From positions 32,001 through 96,000 of the forward strand of contig CAVPOC010000006.1 of the NCBI GenBank assembly GCA_963706955.1: 64,000 bases of DNA, in the 5' to 3' direction. The position numbers were made by a program, and so were the translations under genes. The notes beneath the pieces are model-generated. The model saw only the letters and a list, made by a program, of their open reading frames with translations, had not been told where the DNA came from and ran no database searches. Below, piece by piece: positions 28,787 to 38,820 of this stretch; the stretch's first letter is position 1; every line of letters begins with the position of its first letter. This DNA is from an uncultured Verrucomicrobiae bacterium (GTDB lineage Bacteria; Verrucomicrobiota; Verrucomicrobiia; Chthoniobacterales; Terrimicrobiaceae).

Positions 28787-30616
28787 ATGCCGTTGACTCA
28801 TCATACAGAATCCGAAGTTGCTCCGCGCACTGTTCCGCATCGCCCTGAAGTTGTTCCCGCTTACACCTGGGACTTGACGCCCCTTTACCGCGATGAAAAC
28901 GCGTGGGAGAATGACTTTAAGGCGCTCCAGGCAGACTACCTCCAGGTATTGAGTTTTCGCGGCAAGGTCGGGACAAGCGCGCAAGAACTGCGCGAGGCTC
29001 TTGAATTCGAGAAGAAGATCGACGTCCGAGTGGAGCGCCTCATCCAATATGCGAGTCTGCGCGTCGCTGAAGACTCCTCCAGCGACGCTTCTCTTTCCCG
29101 AGAGGCGCGGCTCGACAGCCTGCGTGTTCGCATCGGCGAAGCGTTCTCATTTCTCGGGCCGGAGATTCAGGCCATATCCGATGAGACGTTCGACCGCTAT
29201 CTCTCGCACGAAACGCTTGCTGAGTGGGTCATTCGACTTCAGAAGCTCCGGCGGTTGAAACCTCACACATTATCGGCGAGTGAGGAGCGTCTTCTGGCCC
29301 TGGGTTCGTCCGCCCTGCGCGGCCACCAGGAAACCTTTTCTCAACTAACCAACGTGGACATGAAGTTTGGCTTTGTCCGCGATGATTCGGGAAAAGAGCG
29401 CGAGTTGACGCAAAGCTCGCTCTCTTCCTTTCTTCAGCAGCGCGACCCTGACGTTCGACGGCAGGCGTTTCATCGCTTTTACGCGGAGTTCAAGGACCAT
29501 CAATTCACACTTGCATCCTCGCTCGGAAGTTCGATTCGGGCAGATGTTTTTGATTCACGCGCGCGAAATTATCCCTCGTCAATCAATGCGGCGCTGTTTG
29601 CCGACGACGTGCCTTTGCGGGTCTACGACAATCTTATCGTTACCGTTCGCAGCCGTCTGGCTCCCTTATATGACTATTTCGCATTGCGACGGCGGGTCCT
29701 CGGGTTGCCCGAGATTCATCATTACGACACGTATGTTCCCATTGTCGGCGAGATGCAGACCAATGTGGACTGGGACGCCGCCGTGGACCTTGTCCTGGCG
29801 GCGCTGACTCCTTTGGGTGCGGAATACTTGGCCACGCTGGGTCACGGGTTACGCGAGGGCCGATGGTCCGACCGTTACGAGAACAAGGGTAAGCGCAGTG
29901 GGGCCTTTAGTTACGGCACATATACAAGTCCGCCATACATCATGATGAACTACAAGACGGACGTATTTTCCGACGTCTATACGCTGGCGCATGAGGCGGG
30001 GCATTCCATGCACACCTGGTATGCCAACCGGACGCAAGAATATCAAAACGCCCACTATCCGATCTTCCTCGCGGAAGTCGCCTCCACCTTCAACGAGATT
30101 CTGCTTACCGAGCACTTGTTGGCGACGACCAATGATGAGCGGATGCGCGCCTATGTCTTGAACCGTCAGATCGACGATCTGCGGGGAACTCTCTTTCGCC
30201 AGACCATGTTTGCCGAATTCGAGCGCTCGACGCATGCGGCGGAGGAAGCTGGGGAGCCATTGACTCTCCAAGGTTTCAAGAAAGTCTATCGCGAACTATT
30301 GAATGCCTACTTTGGGCCCAGCTTTGCCATCGATCCCGAACTCGAGCTCGAAGGGCTCAGAATTCCGCATTTTTATAGCGCCTTTTATGTCTACAAGTAT
30401 GCGACCGGAATTTCCGCGGCAGTCGCGCTCGCTCGGCAGGTGCTTGAAACTGGGGACGCCACTCGTTACCTGAACTTCCTGCGAAGCGGTGGCAGCAAAT
30501 TCCCGATTGAGACGCTCGCGGAGGCGGGGGTCGACATGTCCTCTCCAGCACCGGTCGAGGCTGCGCTTGAATTGTTCGAGCGGCGTATCGAGGAACTAAG
30601 CAGGTTGCTCGCTTAG
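28787..30616 (+). CDS. pepF: oligoendopeptidase F (M3B)
   Basis: TWDL..LY, KRSGAFS, TLAHEAGHSMH, AEVAS, FRQTMFAEFE, IPHFY..FYVYKYATG. Confidence 0.97.
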   Translation: MPLTHHTESEVAPRTVPHRPEVVPAYTWDLTPLYRDENAWENDFKALQADYLQVLSFRGKVGTSAQELREALEFEKKIDVRVERLIQYASLRVAEDSSSDASLSREARLDSLRVRIGEAFSFLGPEIQAISDETFDRYLSHETLAEWVIRLQKLRRLKPHTLSASEERLLALGSSALRGHQETFSQLTNVDMKFGFVRDDSGKERELTQSSLSSFLQQRDPDVRRQAFHRFYAEFKDHQFTLASSLGSSIRADVFDSRARNYPSSINAALFADDVPLRVYDNLIVTVRSRLAPLYDYFALRRRVLGLPEIHHYDTYVPIVGEMQTNVDWDAAVDLVLAALTPLGAEYLATLGHGLREGRWSDRYENKGKRSGAFSYGTYTSPPYIMMNYKTDVFSDVYTLAHEAGHSMHTWYANRTQEYQNAHYPIFLAEVASTFNEILLTEHLLATTNDERMRAYVLNRQIDDLRGTLFRQTMFAEFERSTHAAEEAGEPLTLQGFKKVYRELLNAYFGPSFAIDPELELEGLRIPHFYSAFYVYKYATGISAAVALARQVLETGDATRYLNFLRSGGSKFPIETLAEAGVDMSSPAPVEAALELFERRIEELSRLLA

Positions 30617-30647
30617 GGGCGGAGCCGATTACGAGTAGCCACCGCCA

Positions 30648-30777
30648 GTCTCGCCTGTCCATTGAAGAAATCTCGATGAATTCGGATCCGACCGTCTGGT
30701 GGAAAGAATGCACCCTCGTCTTCTCCGACGCTGATCGAGGATTTGTGGTGCTTCGCCGCGGACGAACAAGGCGAGAC
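30648..30777. other. long irregular hairpin (ncRNA or degenerate REP doublet)
   Basis: Nested pairings GTCTCGCCT/AGGCGAGAC, GTCC/GGAC, GAAG/CTTC, AAATCTCGAT/ATCGAGGATTT, TCGGA/TCCGA, GGTG/CACC. Confidence 0.5.
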
Positions 30778-30841
30778 AGTCGAGCGCCTGAGATGGGAAT
30801 TTTCAATGCGCAGCGCGGCAACCACTGTCCCGTGATCTGAT

Positions 30842-32020
30842 ATGAAGCGAGGATTTCTGGAAAAACTGATCGAGCGCATCGGGCTCGTCCAACCCGGCGA
30901 CGTTCAGAACTACCTCGTCGAGATCGCCCGCGAGAAAGGATTTCTCGAGACAATCTTTAACGCCATCTTGGAGGGAGTCATCGTTACAGATCCAGGCGGT
31001 CGAATCATTTACCTGAATCGTGCGGCCTGTGGATTCTTTGGGGTCGATCCGGAAAGCAGTATCGGCAAGCCACTCGGGGAGGTGGTCCGAGGTTTGGATC
31101 TGGGGCAACCCTCGGGACCAGGCGAAGTCGTCAGCCGCGATCTGGAGGTATTCTATCCGGAAAATCGATTCCTGAACTTTTATGTCGTGCCGTTGATGAG
31201 CGAGGATACACACGAAGAATTGGCCGGCCGCGCGATCATCTTACGAGATATCACTCAGAATCGCCGCGCCACCCAGGAGACGATCGAGAGCGAGCGCTTT
31301 TCGGCCTTGACCCTTCTGGCCGCCGGTGTCGCCCACGAGATCGGCAATCCTCTTAACTCCCTGGACATTCATCTGCAGTTGATACAGCGCCGAATCAAAA
31401 AACTGCCTGCGAAGACGCGTCAGGAACTCGGCGAGTCGATTCAGATCGCACGACAGGAGGTCGGCCGTCTGGACCATATCATCACGCAATTCCTTCGCGC
31501 GATTCGTCCTCAGCAACTGACCACGCGAATGGAGAACGTCAATTCGGTTCTCGAGGAGTCCGTCGCCTTTCTCGATGCCGAGCTAAAGGATCGTGACATC
31601 CTCGTCGAACTCGAGCTGGACAGGTCTCTTCCTCCGCTCGAAATCGACCGCGAACAAATCAAACAGGCGTGCTACAACATCATTCGCAACGCTCTTCAAG
31701 CCATGAAAAGCGGCGGGATCCTCAGGGTACGCTCAGGAGCCGATGAAACCCACCAGTTCGTTTCCTTCTCCGATACAGGCGGCGGAATCCCTCCCGAGGA
31801 TATCAGTCGCGTTTTCGAGCCGTATTTTACAACCAAGTCGAGCGGCTCGGGACTCGGGCTTTTGATCGTTCGCCGAATCGTGCGCGCCCATGGCGGAGAA
31901 GTTATCATTGAAAGCGAGCGCAATCGAGGACTCATCCTCACCATTCGGCTGCCACGTGTCGATCGACGCGTTCGGTTTCTCGAGCAGGGCTCTGCGACCG
32001 ACGGGCGAAATCCATCTTGA
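30842..32020 (+). CDS. PAS-domain sensor histidine kinase (NtrB-like), cytoplasmic
   Basis: PAS, AHEIGNPL H-box, N-box NALQAM, DTGGGI, FEPYFTTK..GSGLGL. Confidence 0.95.
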   Translation: MKRGFLEKLIERIGLVQPGDVQNYLVEIAREKGFLETIFNAILEGVIVTDPGGRIIYLNRAACGFFGVDPESSIGKPLGEVVRGLDLGQPSGPGEVVSRDLEVFYPENRFLNFYVVPLMSEDTHEELAGRAIILRDITQNRRATQETIESERFSALTLLAAGVAHEIGNPLNSLDIHLQLIQRRIKKLPAKTRQELGESIQIARQEVGRLDHIITQFLRAIRPQQLTTRMENVNSVLEESVAFLDAELKDRDILVELELDRSLPPLEIDREQIKQACYNIIRNALQAMKSGGILRVRSGADETHQFVSFSDTGGGIPPEDISRVFEPYFTTKSSGSGLGLLIVRRIVRAHGGEVIIESERNRGLILTIRLPRVDRRVRFLEQGSATDGRNPS

Positions 32021-32049
32021 CCTTCTCCAGATTTCGATAACGTGTTGGT

Positions 32050-32283
32050 GTGGAATCACAGTCGTTACCATCAGTTCGCGTTTACCCGGAAAACGAAGTC
32101 GTTAGCCGTCCAAACGCCAACACCGCCTATATCGCCATCACGGCTCTTGTTGTTCTTGCCTCAGTTTGCATCCTCTTGCTCACCAATAATCGGGCAGATC
32201 TTTGGCCCACCGTCGCGATGATTGGATCACTGTGTGGCTTTGGCGCAATCATGTCGTTTTTTGTCACCAGGCCAAGGCCGTAG
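32050..32283 (+). CDS. small two-TM hypothetical protein (start uncertain)
   Basis: Two hydrophobic segments, fills the intergenic gap. Confidence 0.5.
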   Translation: MESQSLPSVRVYPENEVVSRPNANTAYIAITALVVLASVCILLLTNNRADLWPTVAMIGSLCGFGAIMSFFVTRPRP

Positions 32284-32398
32284 CTTAGTTGCGGCCTAGC
32301 TTTGGCCGCTGGTTGCGCCCACCGAGACGGCCGCTGCGTGCCGTTACCAAGTCCCTTTCCGCCTTGCCGAAGAGCGTGAGGCCAGATAGCGTCCAATT

Positions 32399-32830
32399 GT
32401 GCTTTCCGCGTTGGCTCCCTTGATTGGAGGTATTGTGGGGACGGCAGCCATGAGCGCGCTCCTCCTTTTGCCACGCTGGCTCGGCATCGGGAAGATTGAT
32501 GTCATCCCGGCCGTCGGAGCGCTCATTACGGGCAAGACGGAAAACGCGCTGCCGATTGGCTACGTTGTTCATTTCACTTCCGGAATCATTTTTGCCTACG
32601 TCTACTGGGGCTTGCTGCTTCTGATGAAGTTGCCGATCGTCTGGTGGACGTTTGGCATGGCCGGATTCATCCATGGCATCATCGTTATGCTCCTGGTCTG
32701 CATTGCGGTGATGGAACACCACCCGATTGCCCGCTACCATGAAAGAGGCCCCATGACTGGACTGGCGCAGCTCTTGGCGCACATCCTCTACGGCGTCGTC
32801 GTTGGATTGGTCGTGCATGCCTTGCAATGA
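32399..32830 (+). CDS. four-TM hypothetical membrane protein
   Basis: GGIVGTAAMS, G..VHF..G, H..YG motifs. Confidence 0.8.
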   Translation: MLSALAPLIGGIVGTAAMSALLLLPRWLGIGKIDVIPAVGALITGKTENALPIGYVVHFTSGIIFAYVYWGLLLLMKLPIVWWTFGMAGFIHGIIVMLLVCIAVMEHHPIARYHERGPMTGLAQLLAHILYGVVVGLVVHALQ

Positions 32831-32866
32831 GCTTGGCGGGTAACTGTGAAGAGTTAGGCTCCTAGC

Positions 32867-34570
32867 GTGATCTTCAACCAGCTCAAAGGCGCGGTGGAGT
32901 TTGCTTCGCATCTGCCGCGCTATCGCGAAATCATTGCCATCCTCTGGAAGTATGGTTTTGCCGACGTGTTGAGACTCGTGGCGCTTCAACGTGTCCTCGG
33001 CATTGAGGACGCCACGATTGCTGTTCATGAGGAAGGCTTGCTCGCAAAGCCGGTTCCCGAGAGAGTCCGCCTCGCGCTCGGCGAGCTGGGGCCGACCTTT
33101 GTGAAGTTCGGTCAAATTGTTAGCTCGCGTCGCGATCTTGTCACCGATGAGTACTACGTCGAGTTGCGCAAACTGCAGACACAGGTGCCGCCCTTTCCGG
33201 CCGCCGAAGCGAAGGCAATTATCGCCGAAGAGCTGGGCCGGCCGATTTCGGAAGTCTTCAAGCGATTCCAGGATAAACCGGTCGGGAGCGCTTCGATCGC
33301 CCAAGTCCACGCCGCGCGGTTGTCCGACGGCACCAAAGTGGCGGTGAAGGTGCAACGTCCGAATATTGAGGAAGTCATCGAGCTGGATCTGGCTATGCTT
33401 CTCGACCTGGCGCGGTTCATGGAGCGGCACGTTCCCGAAATCTCGGGCGTCAACCCGATCGCGGTGGTCGCGGAGTTTTCTTCCATTCTGCGCAAGGAAC
33501 TCGACTTCAATAACGAGGGGCTAAACATCGAGCGATTCGGAGCGCAGTTTGCGGATAATCCGTGGATCAAAGTACCCACGCTCTATCGCGAGCTCACGAC
33601 CCCACGCGTTTTGACGATGGAGTTCTTGTCAGGCAGGAACGTCATGGATGTCGCCGCATTGGAACGGAAGGGTATCGATCCGGCCGAGCTCGCCGAACAC
33701 ATCACCGAGCTCATTTATCTGCAAATCTTCGAATATGGGTTCTTTCATGGCGATCCACATCCGGGCAACATGCTGGTTCTACCCGGCGGCGTCACCGGCC
33801 TGCTCGACTATGGGATGATGGGGACATTCTCGCCTCCTTTTCGTTCAAGCGTGGCCCACCTCATTGCAGGCCTGGCTGAACGCGATCACCAACAGGTGAT
33901 GGACTCGATTCTCGAGATGAGTGAAGAGGGGTTCGCGAGCAATTCTGGCAAGATGCTGACCGACGTGGAAACCTTTACCGAAGCACATCTCAACCAGCCT
34001 CTGCGGGATATCAACCTCGGCGAGGTCCTCAACAAGCTCCTCGAGATGCTCCGAAACAACCGGCTCCGCATGAAGGGGAGTTTTTATCTCGGGATCAAGG
34101 CGCTTACACAAGTGGAAGCAATCGGCCGTTCATTGCACCCCGATCTTAACTTCGTCAAACTCGGCGAACCCTATGCACTGCGGCAGATCGAGGGGAAATA
34201 TCACCCCACCCGGATCTTTTTGCTTGCTCGCAAGCTCTTTGGCGAAGGCCTCGATTTTCTTGAGGACTTCCCGCATGACTTTCGCCAGCTCTACCAGCGC
34301 ATCAAGCATGGCAAGATCAATATTCCACTCGAGCACAAGATCGATCCGGAAGGCTTCGAGCCATTGCGCAAGACTCTCGATTCAATCGCCAACCGACTGA
34401 CCAATGCCATCGTGACTGCCTCTGTGCTGATCTGCTCGAGCATCCTCGTTCTCTCCGGCCTTCCCCCGAAACTCTGGGGAGTTCCTATTGTTGGGCTCGC
34501 CGGCCTTATTTGGGGGACGTTCATGTGCCTGCGGCTGGTCCTCTCGATCTGGAAACACGGCGGTCTCTAG
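32867..34570 (+). CDS. AarF/UbiB/ABC1 atypical kinase
   Basis: LGPTFVKFGQ, ASIAQVH, VAVKVQRP, FFHGDPHPGN, LDYGM, two C-terminal TMs. Confidence 0.95.
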   Translation: MIFNQLKGAVEFASHLPRYREIIAILWKYGFADVLRLVALQRVLGIEDATIAVHEEGLLAKPVPERVRLALGELGPTFVKFGQIVSSRRDLVTDEYYVELRKLQTQVPPFPAAEAKAIIAEELGRPISEVFKRFQDKPVGSASIAQVHAARLSDGTKVAVKVQRPNIEEVIELDLAMLLDLARFMERHVPEISGVNPIAVVAEFSSILRKELDFNNEGLNIERFGAQFADNPWIKVPTLYRELTTPRVLTMEFLSGRNVMDVAALERKGIDPAELAEHITELIYLQIFEYGFFHGDPHPGNMLVLPGGVTGLLDYGMMGTFSPPFRSSVAHLIAGLAERDHQQVMDSILEMSEEGFASNSGKMLTDVETFTEAHLNQPLRDINLGEVLNKLLEMLRNNRLRMKGSFYLGIKALTQVEAIGRSLHPDLNFVKLGEPYALRQIEGKYHPTRIFLLARKLFGEGLDFLEDFPHDFRQLYQRIKHGKINIPLEHKIDPEGFEPLRKTLDSIANRLTNAIVTASVLICSSILVLSGLPPKLWGVPIVGLAGLIWGTFMCLRLVLSIWKHGGL

Positions 34571-34639
34571 CGAGAGGGGCAAAACGCCGGCGACGCCGCA
34601 GCAGATACGCGCTTTTCTGGATCTCGCGGCATTCGGCGA

Positions 34640-34645
34640 TATAAT
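34640..34645 (+). promoter_or_regulatory. -10 box TATAAT 7 nt before moaA ATG (leaderless-type promoter)
   Basis: TATAAT-ACTGCCA-ATG. Confidence 0.6.
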
Positions 34646-34652
34646 ACTGCCA

Positions 34653-35621
34653 ATGGACAGCTTTGGACGCGTCATCGATTATCTGCGGATTTCGGTAACC
34701 GATCGGTGCAACGAGCGCTGCCTCTATTGCATGCCGGAGGGCTATAAAGGGTGGGCGCAAAAGGGAGATCACCTCACCGCCGACGAGATTATTCGGGTGG
34801 TCGCCGCTGCCTGTAGCTTGGGCTTTCGTAAATTTCGGCTCACCGGCGGCGAACCTTGTATCCGCAAGGACTTGGTGCAAATCGCCCGCGGGATATCGGA
34901 GCAGCCCGGCGTCCGCTCTCTCGGGGTCTCGACCAATGGCACTCATCTGGCGAAACTTGCGCGGCCATTGCAGGAAGCTGGAGTGAACTCCGTGAATATC
35001 AGCGTTGATACGCTCGACGCCGCGCAGTACCGCAAGGTTACCGGCGGAGATATCAGGGCGGTGCTTTCCGGGATAGATGCGGCCGTATCAGCCGGAATTC
35101 CGCGCATTAAACTAAATTGTGTTCTGATGCGCGGCATCAACGAAGCGGAGATTTGGCCACTGATTCGGTTTGCCGCAGCGAGGAATCTCCCGCTCCGTTT
35201 CATCGAGCTAATGCCTATTTCCACTACTCACGTCATAACCAAGGAGAATTTTCTCTCCGCCAAGGAAATAGTGGATCGGCTGGGGCGAGAAGATAACCTT
35301 GTACCCTTGAAAGATTCGGGTCTCGGTCACGGACCTGCCCGCTACTACAAGCTGCTGCACGCCGGAGCGACCGTTGGTTTCATTGGTGCGCTGACGGATA
35401 CTGACTTTTGCGCGGGGTGCAACAAGATTCGGCTGACTGCTGATGGTCGAATCCGTCCCTGCCTCGGCCGCCATAATGAGCTTGACCTCGTCGGCACGCT
35501 GCGCAACAGCCACGGTAGCATCCAGGAGGTGCTGGAACGTGCGATCGCCGCCAAGCCGAAGGACCATGAGTTCCGTGAGTGCTACCAGCCGGGTCGTCCC
35601 ATGACTGCGATTGGTGGCTGA
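34653..35621 (+). CDS. moaA: GTP 3',8-cyclase
   Basis: YLRISVTDRCNERCLYC, LTGGEP, FC..CNKIRLTADG..RPCL, C-terminal IGG. Confidence 0.97.
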   Translation: MDSFGRVIDYLRISVTDRCNERCLYCMPEGYKGWAQKGDHLTADEIIRVVAAACSLGFRKFRLTGGEPCIRKDLVQIARGISEQPGVRSLGVSTNGTHLAKLARPLQEAGVNSVNISVDTLDAAQYRKVTGGDIRAVLSGIDAAVSAGIPRIKLNCVLMRGINEAEIWPLIRFAAARNLPLRFIELMPISTTHVITKENFLSAKEIVDRLGREDNLVPLKDSGLGHGPARYYKLLHAGATVGFIGALTDTDFCAGCNKIRLTADGRIRPCLGRHNELDLVGTLRNSHGSIQEVLERAIAAKPKDHEFRECYQPGRPMTAIGG

Positions 35622-35626
35622 TATCT

Positions 35627-35879
35627 ATGGGTCAGCTTCAGCGTCCTCTTCTTTGCCTCCGCCCGCCAAGCGGCCGGACGGTCCGACGCAACCGTCCAGT
35701 GCGAAGAGAGCGGAATCAGCGAGGCGGTATTTTGGGAAAGGTTGCTTGGCGATTTTCCTGCGCTCGCTTCGCTGCGAGGCTCCGTTCGATTGGCGAGGAA
35801 CTGCGAGTATCTTGCCGCGGGAGAACGTTTCTCGCCTCAGGATGAGGCGGCCTTAATTCCACCGGTCTCAGGCGGGTAG
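35627..35879 (+). CDS. moaD: molybdopterin synthase sulfur carrier (absent from ORF track; apparent extra G after ATG)
   Basis: Frame from 35631 reads VSFSVLFFASARQAAG...RLARNCEY...DEAALIPPVSGG*; ATG at 35627 is one base out of frame. Confidence 0.9.
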
Positions 35880-35983
35880 CTGCCAAGACCAGCGGCTGTG
35901 AAGAGGGAGTTGCGCCCGTCTGAGGAAGAATTGGTCGTTTGAGGACTTTCGACCGATCCAAATTTGTATGATCGTGCGCGTGG

Positions 35984-36367
35984 ATGCAGATGACGATTCT
36001 CTTCACGGACCTGCCAATTCGGATGGAGAATGTTTCTCCTTGTGACGGAGCCGGTGCGCTTATTGAGTTTCAGGGGATTGTCCGTGACGTCGAACATGGC
36101 GCAACCATCGGCGGATTGTTGTATGAGATCTATCAGCCAATGGCGGAGCGAATGATTCGGCGAATCGTGGAAGAAATCGATGGCCAACACCCGTGCCAGG
36201 CGTTCCATGTTGTTCATCGGCATGGGCTCGTGCCGGTAGGAGAGGCCGCCATTTATGTTCGAATAGAAGCAAGCCATCGTTTAGAGGCCATGAAGATGCT
36301 GGAACACTTCATGAATCGTCTCAAAGGCGAAGTTCCAATTTGGAAATCCGGCACAGTGCCATGTTGA
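35984..36367 (+). CDS. moaE: molybdopterin synthase catalytic subunit
   Basis: GA..EFQGIVR, HR.G...VGE, SHR..A, LK.EVPIWK. Confidence 0.93.
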   Translation: MQMTILFTDLPIRMENVSPCDGAGALIEFQGIVRDVEHGATIGGLLYEIYQPMAERMIRRIVEEIDGQHPCQAFHVVHRHGLVPVGEAAIYVRIEASHRLEAMKMLEHFMNRLKGEVPIWKSGTVPC

Positions 36368-37533
36368 GTGTCGACCAGGTTTGCTCGCTGATCGACCGCG
36401 AAGTTCGCCCATTGCCGGCGATTCGATTGCCGTTGGCAGAGGCGCTCGGCCACAATCTTGCGGAGGAGGTCCGCGCTGATGCGGACATGCCGGCATTCGA
36501 CCGATCAGCTATCGACGGTTATGCTTTGCCCGAGGATGCGCTCCCCGGATGGTTTGACATCGCCGGAGAAGTCACGCCGGGCATGCCGCCATTTTCCGCC
36601 CCCGTATCAGGAAACGCCGTGAGAATTTTCACTGGCTCTGCACTTCCCGGATCAGGGGTGGGCCTGGTCATGGTGGAAGAGACCGAGAGCGAAGGGAAGA
36701 GGGTGCTGACACGAGTGGCCGCCTCGCGTCAGCATGTCCGTGCAAGAGGATCCCAGGCCAAGCGCGGCGAACTGTTGTTGCAGGCTGGGACCAGGGTCAA
36801 TCCAGGCGCCATCGCCTTGCTGGCATCCGTGGGTGTGACGAGCCCCCTCGTTTCAAACACCCCGAGAATCATGCATCTGGTGACGGGAAGCGAGTTAGTG
36901 CCAGCAGATGTCGATCCGCCGCCAGGCTACATTCGCGATAGTAACTCTCCTCTGGTAGCGGCTTTGATTTCAGAGGCAGGGCCAGCGGCACTCCTTCAGC
37001 GCCACGTTTCTGAAAACGTTGATGAAGCCGTTGACGCGCTGAAAACCTTTGACGGTGACATGTTGCTGATCAGCGGCGGCGCGAGTGTCGGCGCGTACGA
37101 CGGTTCGGCGCAGATCTTGCGGCGACTCGGCTTCGTTGTCCACTGCTCGAAAGTTCGGAGTCGACCCGGCAAGCCTTTGCTTTTTGCGACTCGTGAGGGG
37201 TGCGCAGCCTTCGGGCTGCCGGGCAATCCGCTCTCTCATTTTGTTTGTTTCCATTTGTTCATCCGACGAGCATTCGACATCATGTCAGGACGCGTTCCGC
37301 AGAGAATGATGCGTGTCCACATAGATGGCGATCGCCCGCCGACTGATCCGCGAGAAACATGGTGGCCCGCGAGAGTCCGCGCAGAAGGAGGATCGCTGAT
37401 CGCGAAGGCTCTTCCATGGAAAGATTCGTCCGATATCACGGGACTGGCTCCGGCGAACGCTTTGCTCAGAGTTGGCAGTTCTCTCACAAACGGCATGTTC
37501 GAGGCTCTGCTTTTTGGCAATCTCGAGCGATGA
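36361..37533 (+). CDS. moeA: molybdopterin molybdotransferase
   Basis: P.FDRSAIDGYA, IFTG, TGSEL, DSN, SGGASVG..D, RPGKP, LPGNP. Confidence 0.95.
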   Translation: MLSVDQVCSLIDREVRPLPAIRLPLAEALGHNLAEEVRADADMPAFDRSAIDGYALPEDALPGWFDIAGEVTPGMPPFSAPVSGNAVRIFTGSALPGSGVGLVMVEETESEGKRVLTRVAASRQHVRARGSQAKRGELLLQAGTRVNPGAIALLASVGVTSPLVSNTPRIMHLVTGSELVPADVDPPPGYIRDSNSPLVAALISEAGPAALLQRHVSENVDEAVDALKTFDGDMLLISGGASVGAYDGSAQILRRLGFVVHCSKVRSRPGKPLLFATREGCAAFGLPGNPLSHFVCFHLFIRRAFDIMSGRVPQRMMRVHIDGDRPPTDPRETWWPARVRAEGGSLIAKALPWKDSSDITGLAPANALLRVGSSLTNGMFEALLFGNLER

Positions 37534-37976
37534 GCGAGTTTTCCCACCTGCAACCGGAAGGTTCCGTCAGAATGGTCGATATCGGTCACAAACCTGAGCA
37601 AGAACGCAGGGCCGTCGCCGCAGGTCGACTTCTTTGCCAGCCCGAGACACTCGAGGCGCTGAAATCCAAGGCTCTGCCGAAAGGTGATGTCATCGCCGTG
37701 GCTCGCATCGCGGGGATCCAGGCGGCAAAAAGCACCGCGCAGTTGATTCCTCTGTGTCACCCGCTCCCGCTGAACTACATCGCTGTCGATTTCGAGGTGG
37801 GAGAAAAAGCGATCTCGATCCGATGCGAGGTGGCCACGCGCGCTCCCACCGGCGTGGAAATGGAGGCCTTGACGGGAGTGACGGTAGCTGCGCTCACCTT
37901 GTATGATATGATGAAGTCCGCCGACAAAACCATGCGTATCGAAGGAGTCGAGCTGGTCAGCAAGACAAAGAAATGA
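37530..37976 (+). CDS. moaC: cyclic pyranopterin monophosphate synthase
   Basis: MVDI, KGDV..VARIAGIQAAK, LIPLCHP, TGVEMEAL, YDM.K..DK. Confidence 0.96.
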   Translation: MSEFSHLQPEGSVRMVDIGHKPEQERRAVAAGRLLCQPETLEALKSKALPKGDVIAVARIAGIQAAKSTAQLIPLCHPLPLNYIAVDFEVGEKAISIRCEVATRAPTGVEMEALTGVTVAALTLYDMMKSADKTMRIEGVELVSKTKK

Positions 37977-38443
37977 AAGTGGCGCGATTAACGATCAGCG
38001 ACCGAGCATCCGCCGGCATCTATGCCGACAAGGGAGGTCCGGAGCTCGAGCGGGTGTTCCGTGAAGTGTGGCCGGAACCCGTCCAGATGATCTCAAAGAT
38101 CATCGCCGATGAGAGAGAGGACATCAGCCGCCTGCTCGTGTTTCTGGCCGACGAGGAGCACTGCGACCTAATTCTAACCACCGGCGGAACGGGTCCTGCA
38201 CGGAGGGATGTCACTCCTGAGGCGACCCTAGACGTGGTTCACAAGGAATTGCCAGGTTTTGGCGAGGCTCAACGAGCCCTTTCGTTTCGCAGTGTGCCGA
38301 CGGCCATTCTTTCGCGAGCGACGGCCGGTGTCCGCGGAAGGTCACTCATCCTTAATCTTCCCGGAAATCCTAAGGCTGTAGCCGAATGCCTGCCTCCGCT
38401 GGTTCCGGCGATCCGCGAAGCCCTGCGACATCTCGCTGAGTGA
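37973..38443 (+). CDS. mog: molybdopterin adenylyltransferase
   Basis: ISDRAS.G.Y.D, TTGGTG..RDVTPEAT, LSRATAG, NLPGNP. Confidence 0.92.
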   Translation: MKVARLTISDRASAGIYADKGGPELERVFREVWPEPVQMISKIIADEREDISRLLVFLADEEHCDLILTTGGTGPARRDVTPEATLDVVHKELPGFGEAQRALSFRSVPTAILSRATAGVRGRSLILNLPGNPKAVAECLPPLVPAIREALRHLAE

Positions 38444-38505
38444 TTCGCAACCCGCGCTATGCCCCGCGGCCTGGTTTGCACCGCGATGCAGAGTCGGTAA
38501 GGCTC

Positions 38506-38820
38506 CTAAACTTTATTAATGACGTTGTGCAGCGTTGACGCGCCTTGATCGAGAACTTTCCCGAGGGTCGACGATGCTTTCGTCAACAGAGTGTGGGCCT
38601 GTTGCTTTGCTTCGAGGCGTGTGGTGCGGGTAGTCTCAGCGCCGCTACGAATCGCTTTTCGCAAGAGACCCGCAGCCTTATCGACCAGTTTCAGCGCGTC
38701 ATTAGCTATTGCCTCCTCGCGCGGTCCGGCGGGCTTGACTTTCTTTGCCGCTGAGGTTGGTGACTTGGCTCGGCCGGTGGCAGACTTCCTGGGGGTAGTT
38801 TTCTTCTTGGTGGTAGCCAT
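38506..38820 (-). CDS. small basic hypothetical protein, Lys/Thr-rich N-terminus
   Basis: MATTKKKTTPRKSATGRAKSPTSAAKK then amphipathic helices; TAAGAT 6 nt before ATG. Confidence 0.7.
   Translation of the reverse strand: MATTKKKTTPRKSATGRAKSPTSAAKKVKPAGPREEAIANDALKLVDKAAGLLRKAIRSGAETTRTTRLEAKQQAHTLLTKASSTLGKVLDQGASTLHNVINKV

Noticed and set aside
32285..33430. 381-aa minus-strand ORF and similar long shadow ORFs (e.g. 13683-14474, 49298-50131, 61895-62632)
   Set aside because: They are antisense to well-supported genes, show no motifs, and are expected in GC-rich DNA
34571..34652. Moco riboswitch upstream of moaA
   Set aside because: The gap is only about 80 nt, lacks recognisable Moco motif elements, and has a -10 box 7 nt from the ATG
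35579..35856. ORF-track proteins 35579-35845 and 35611-35856
   Set aside because: Wrong frames; the third frame encodes MoaD
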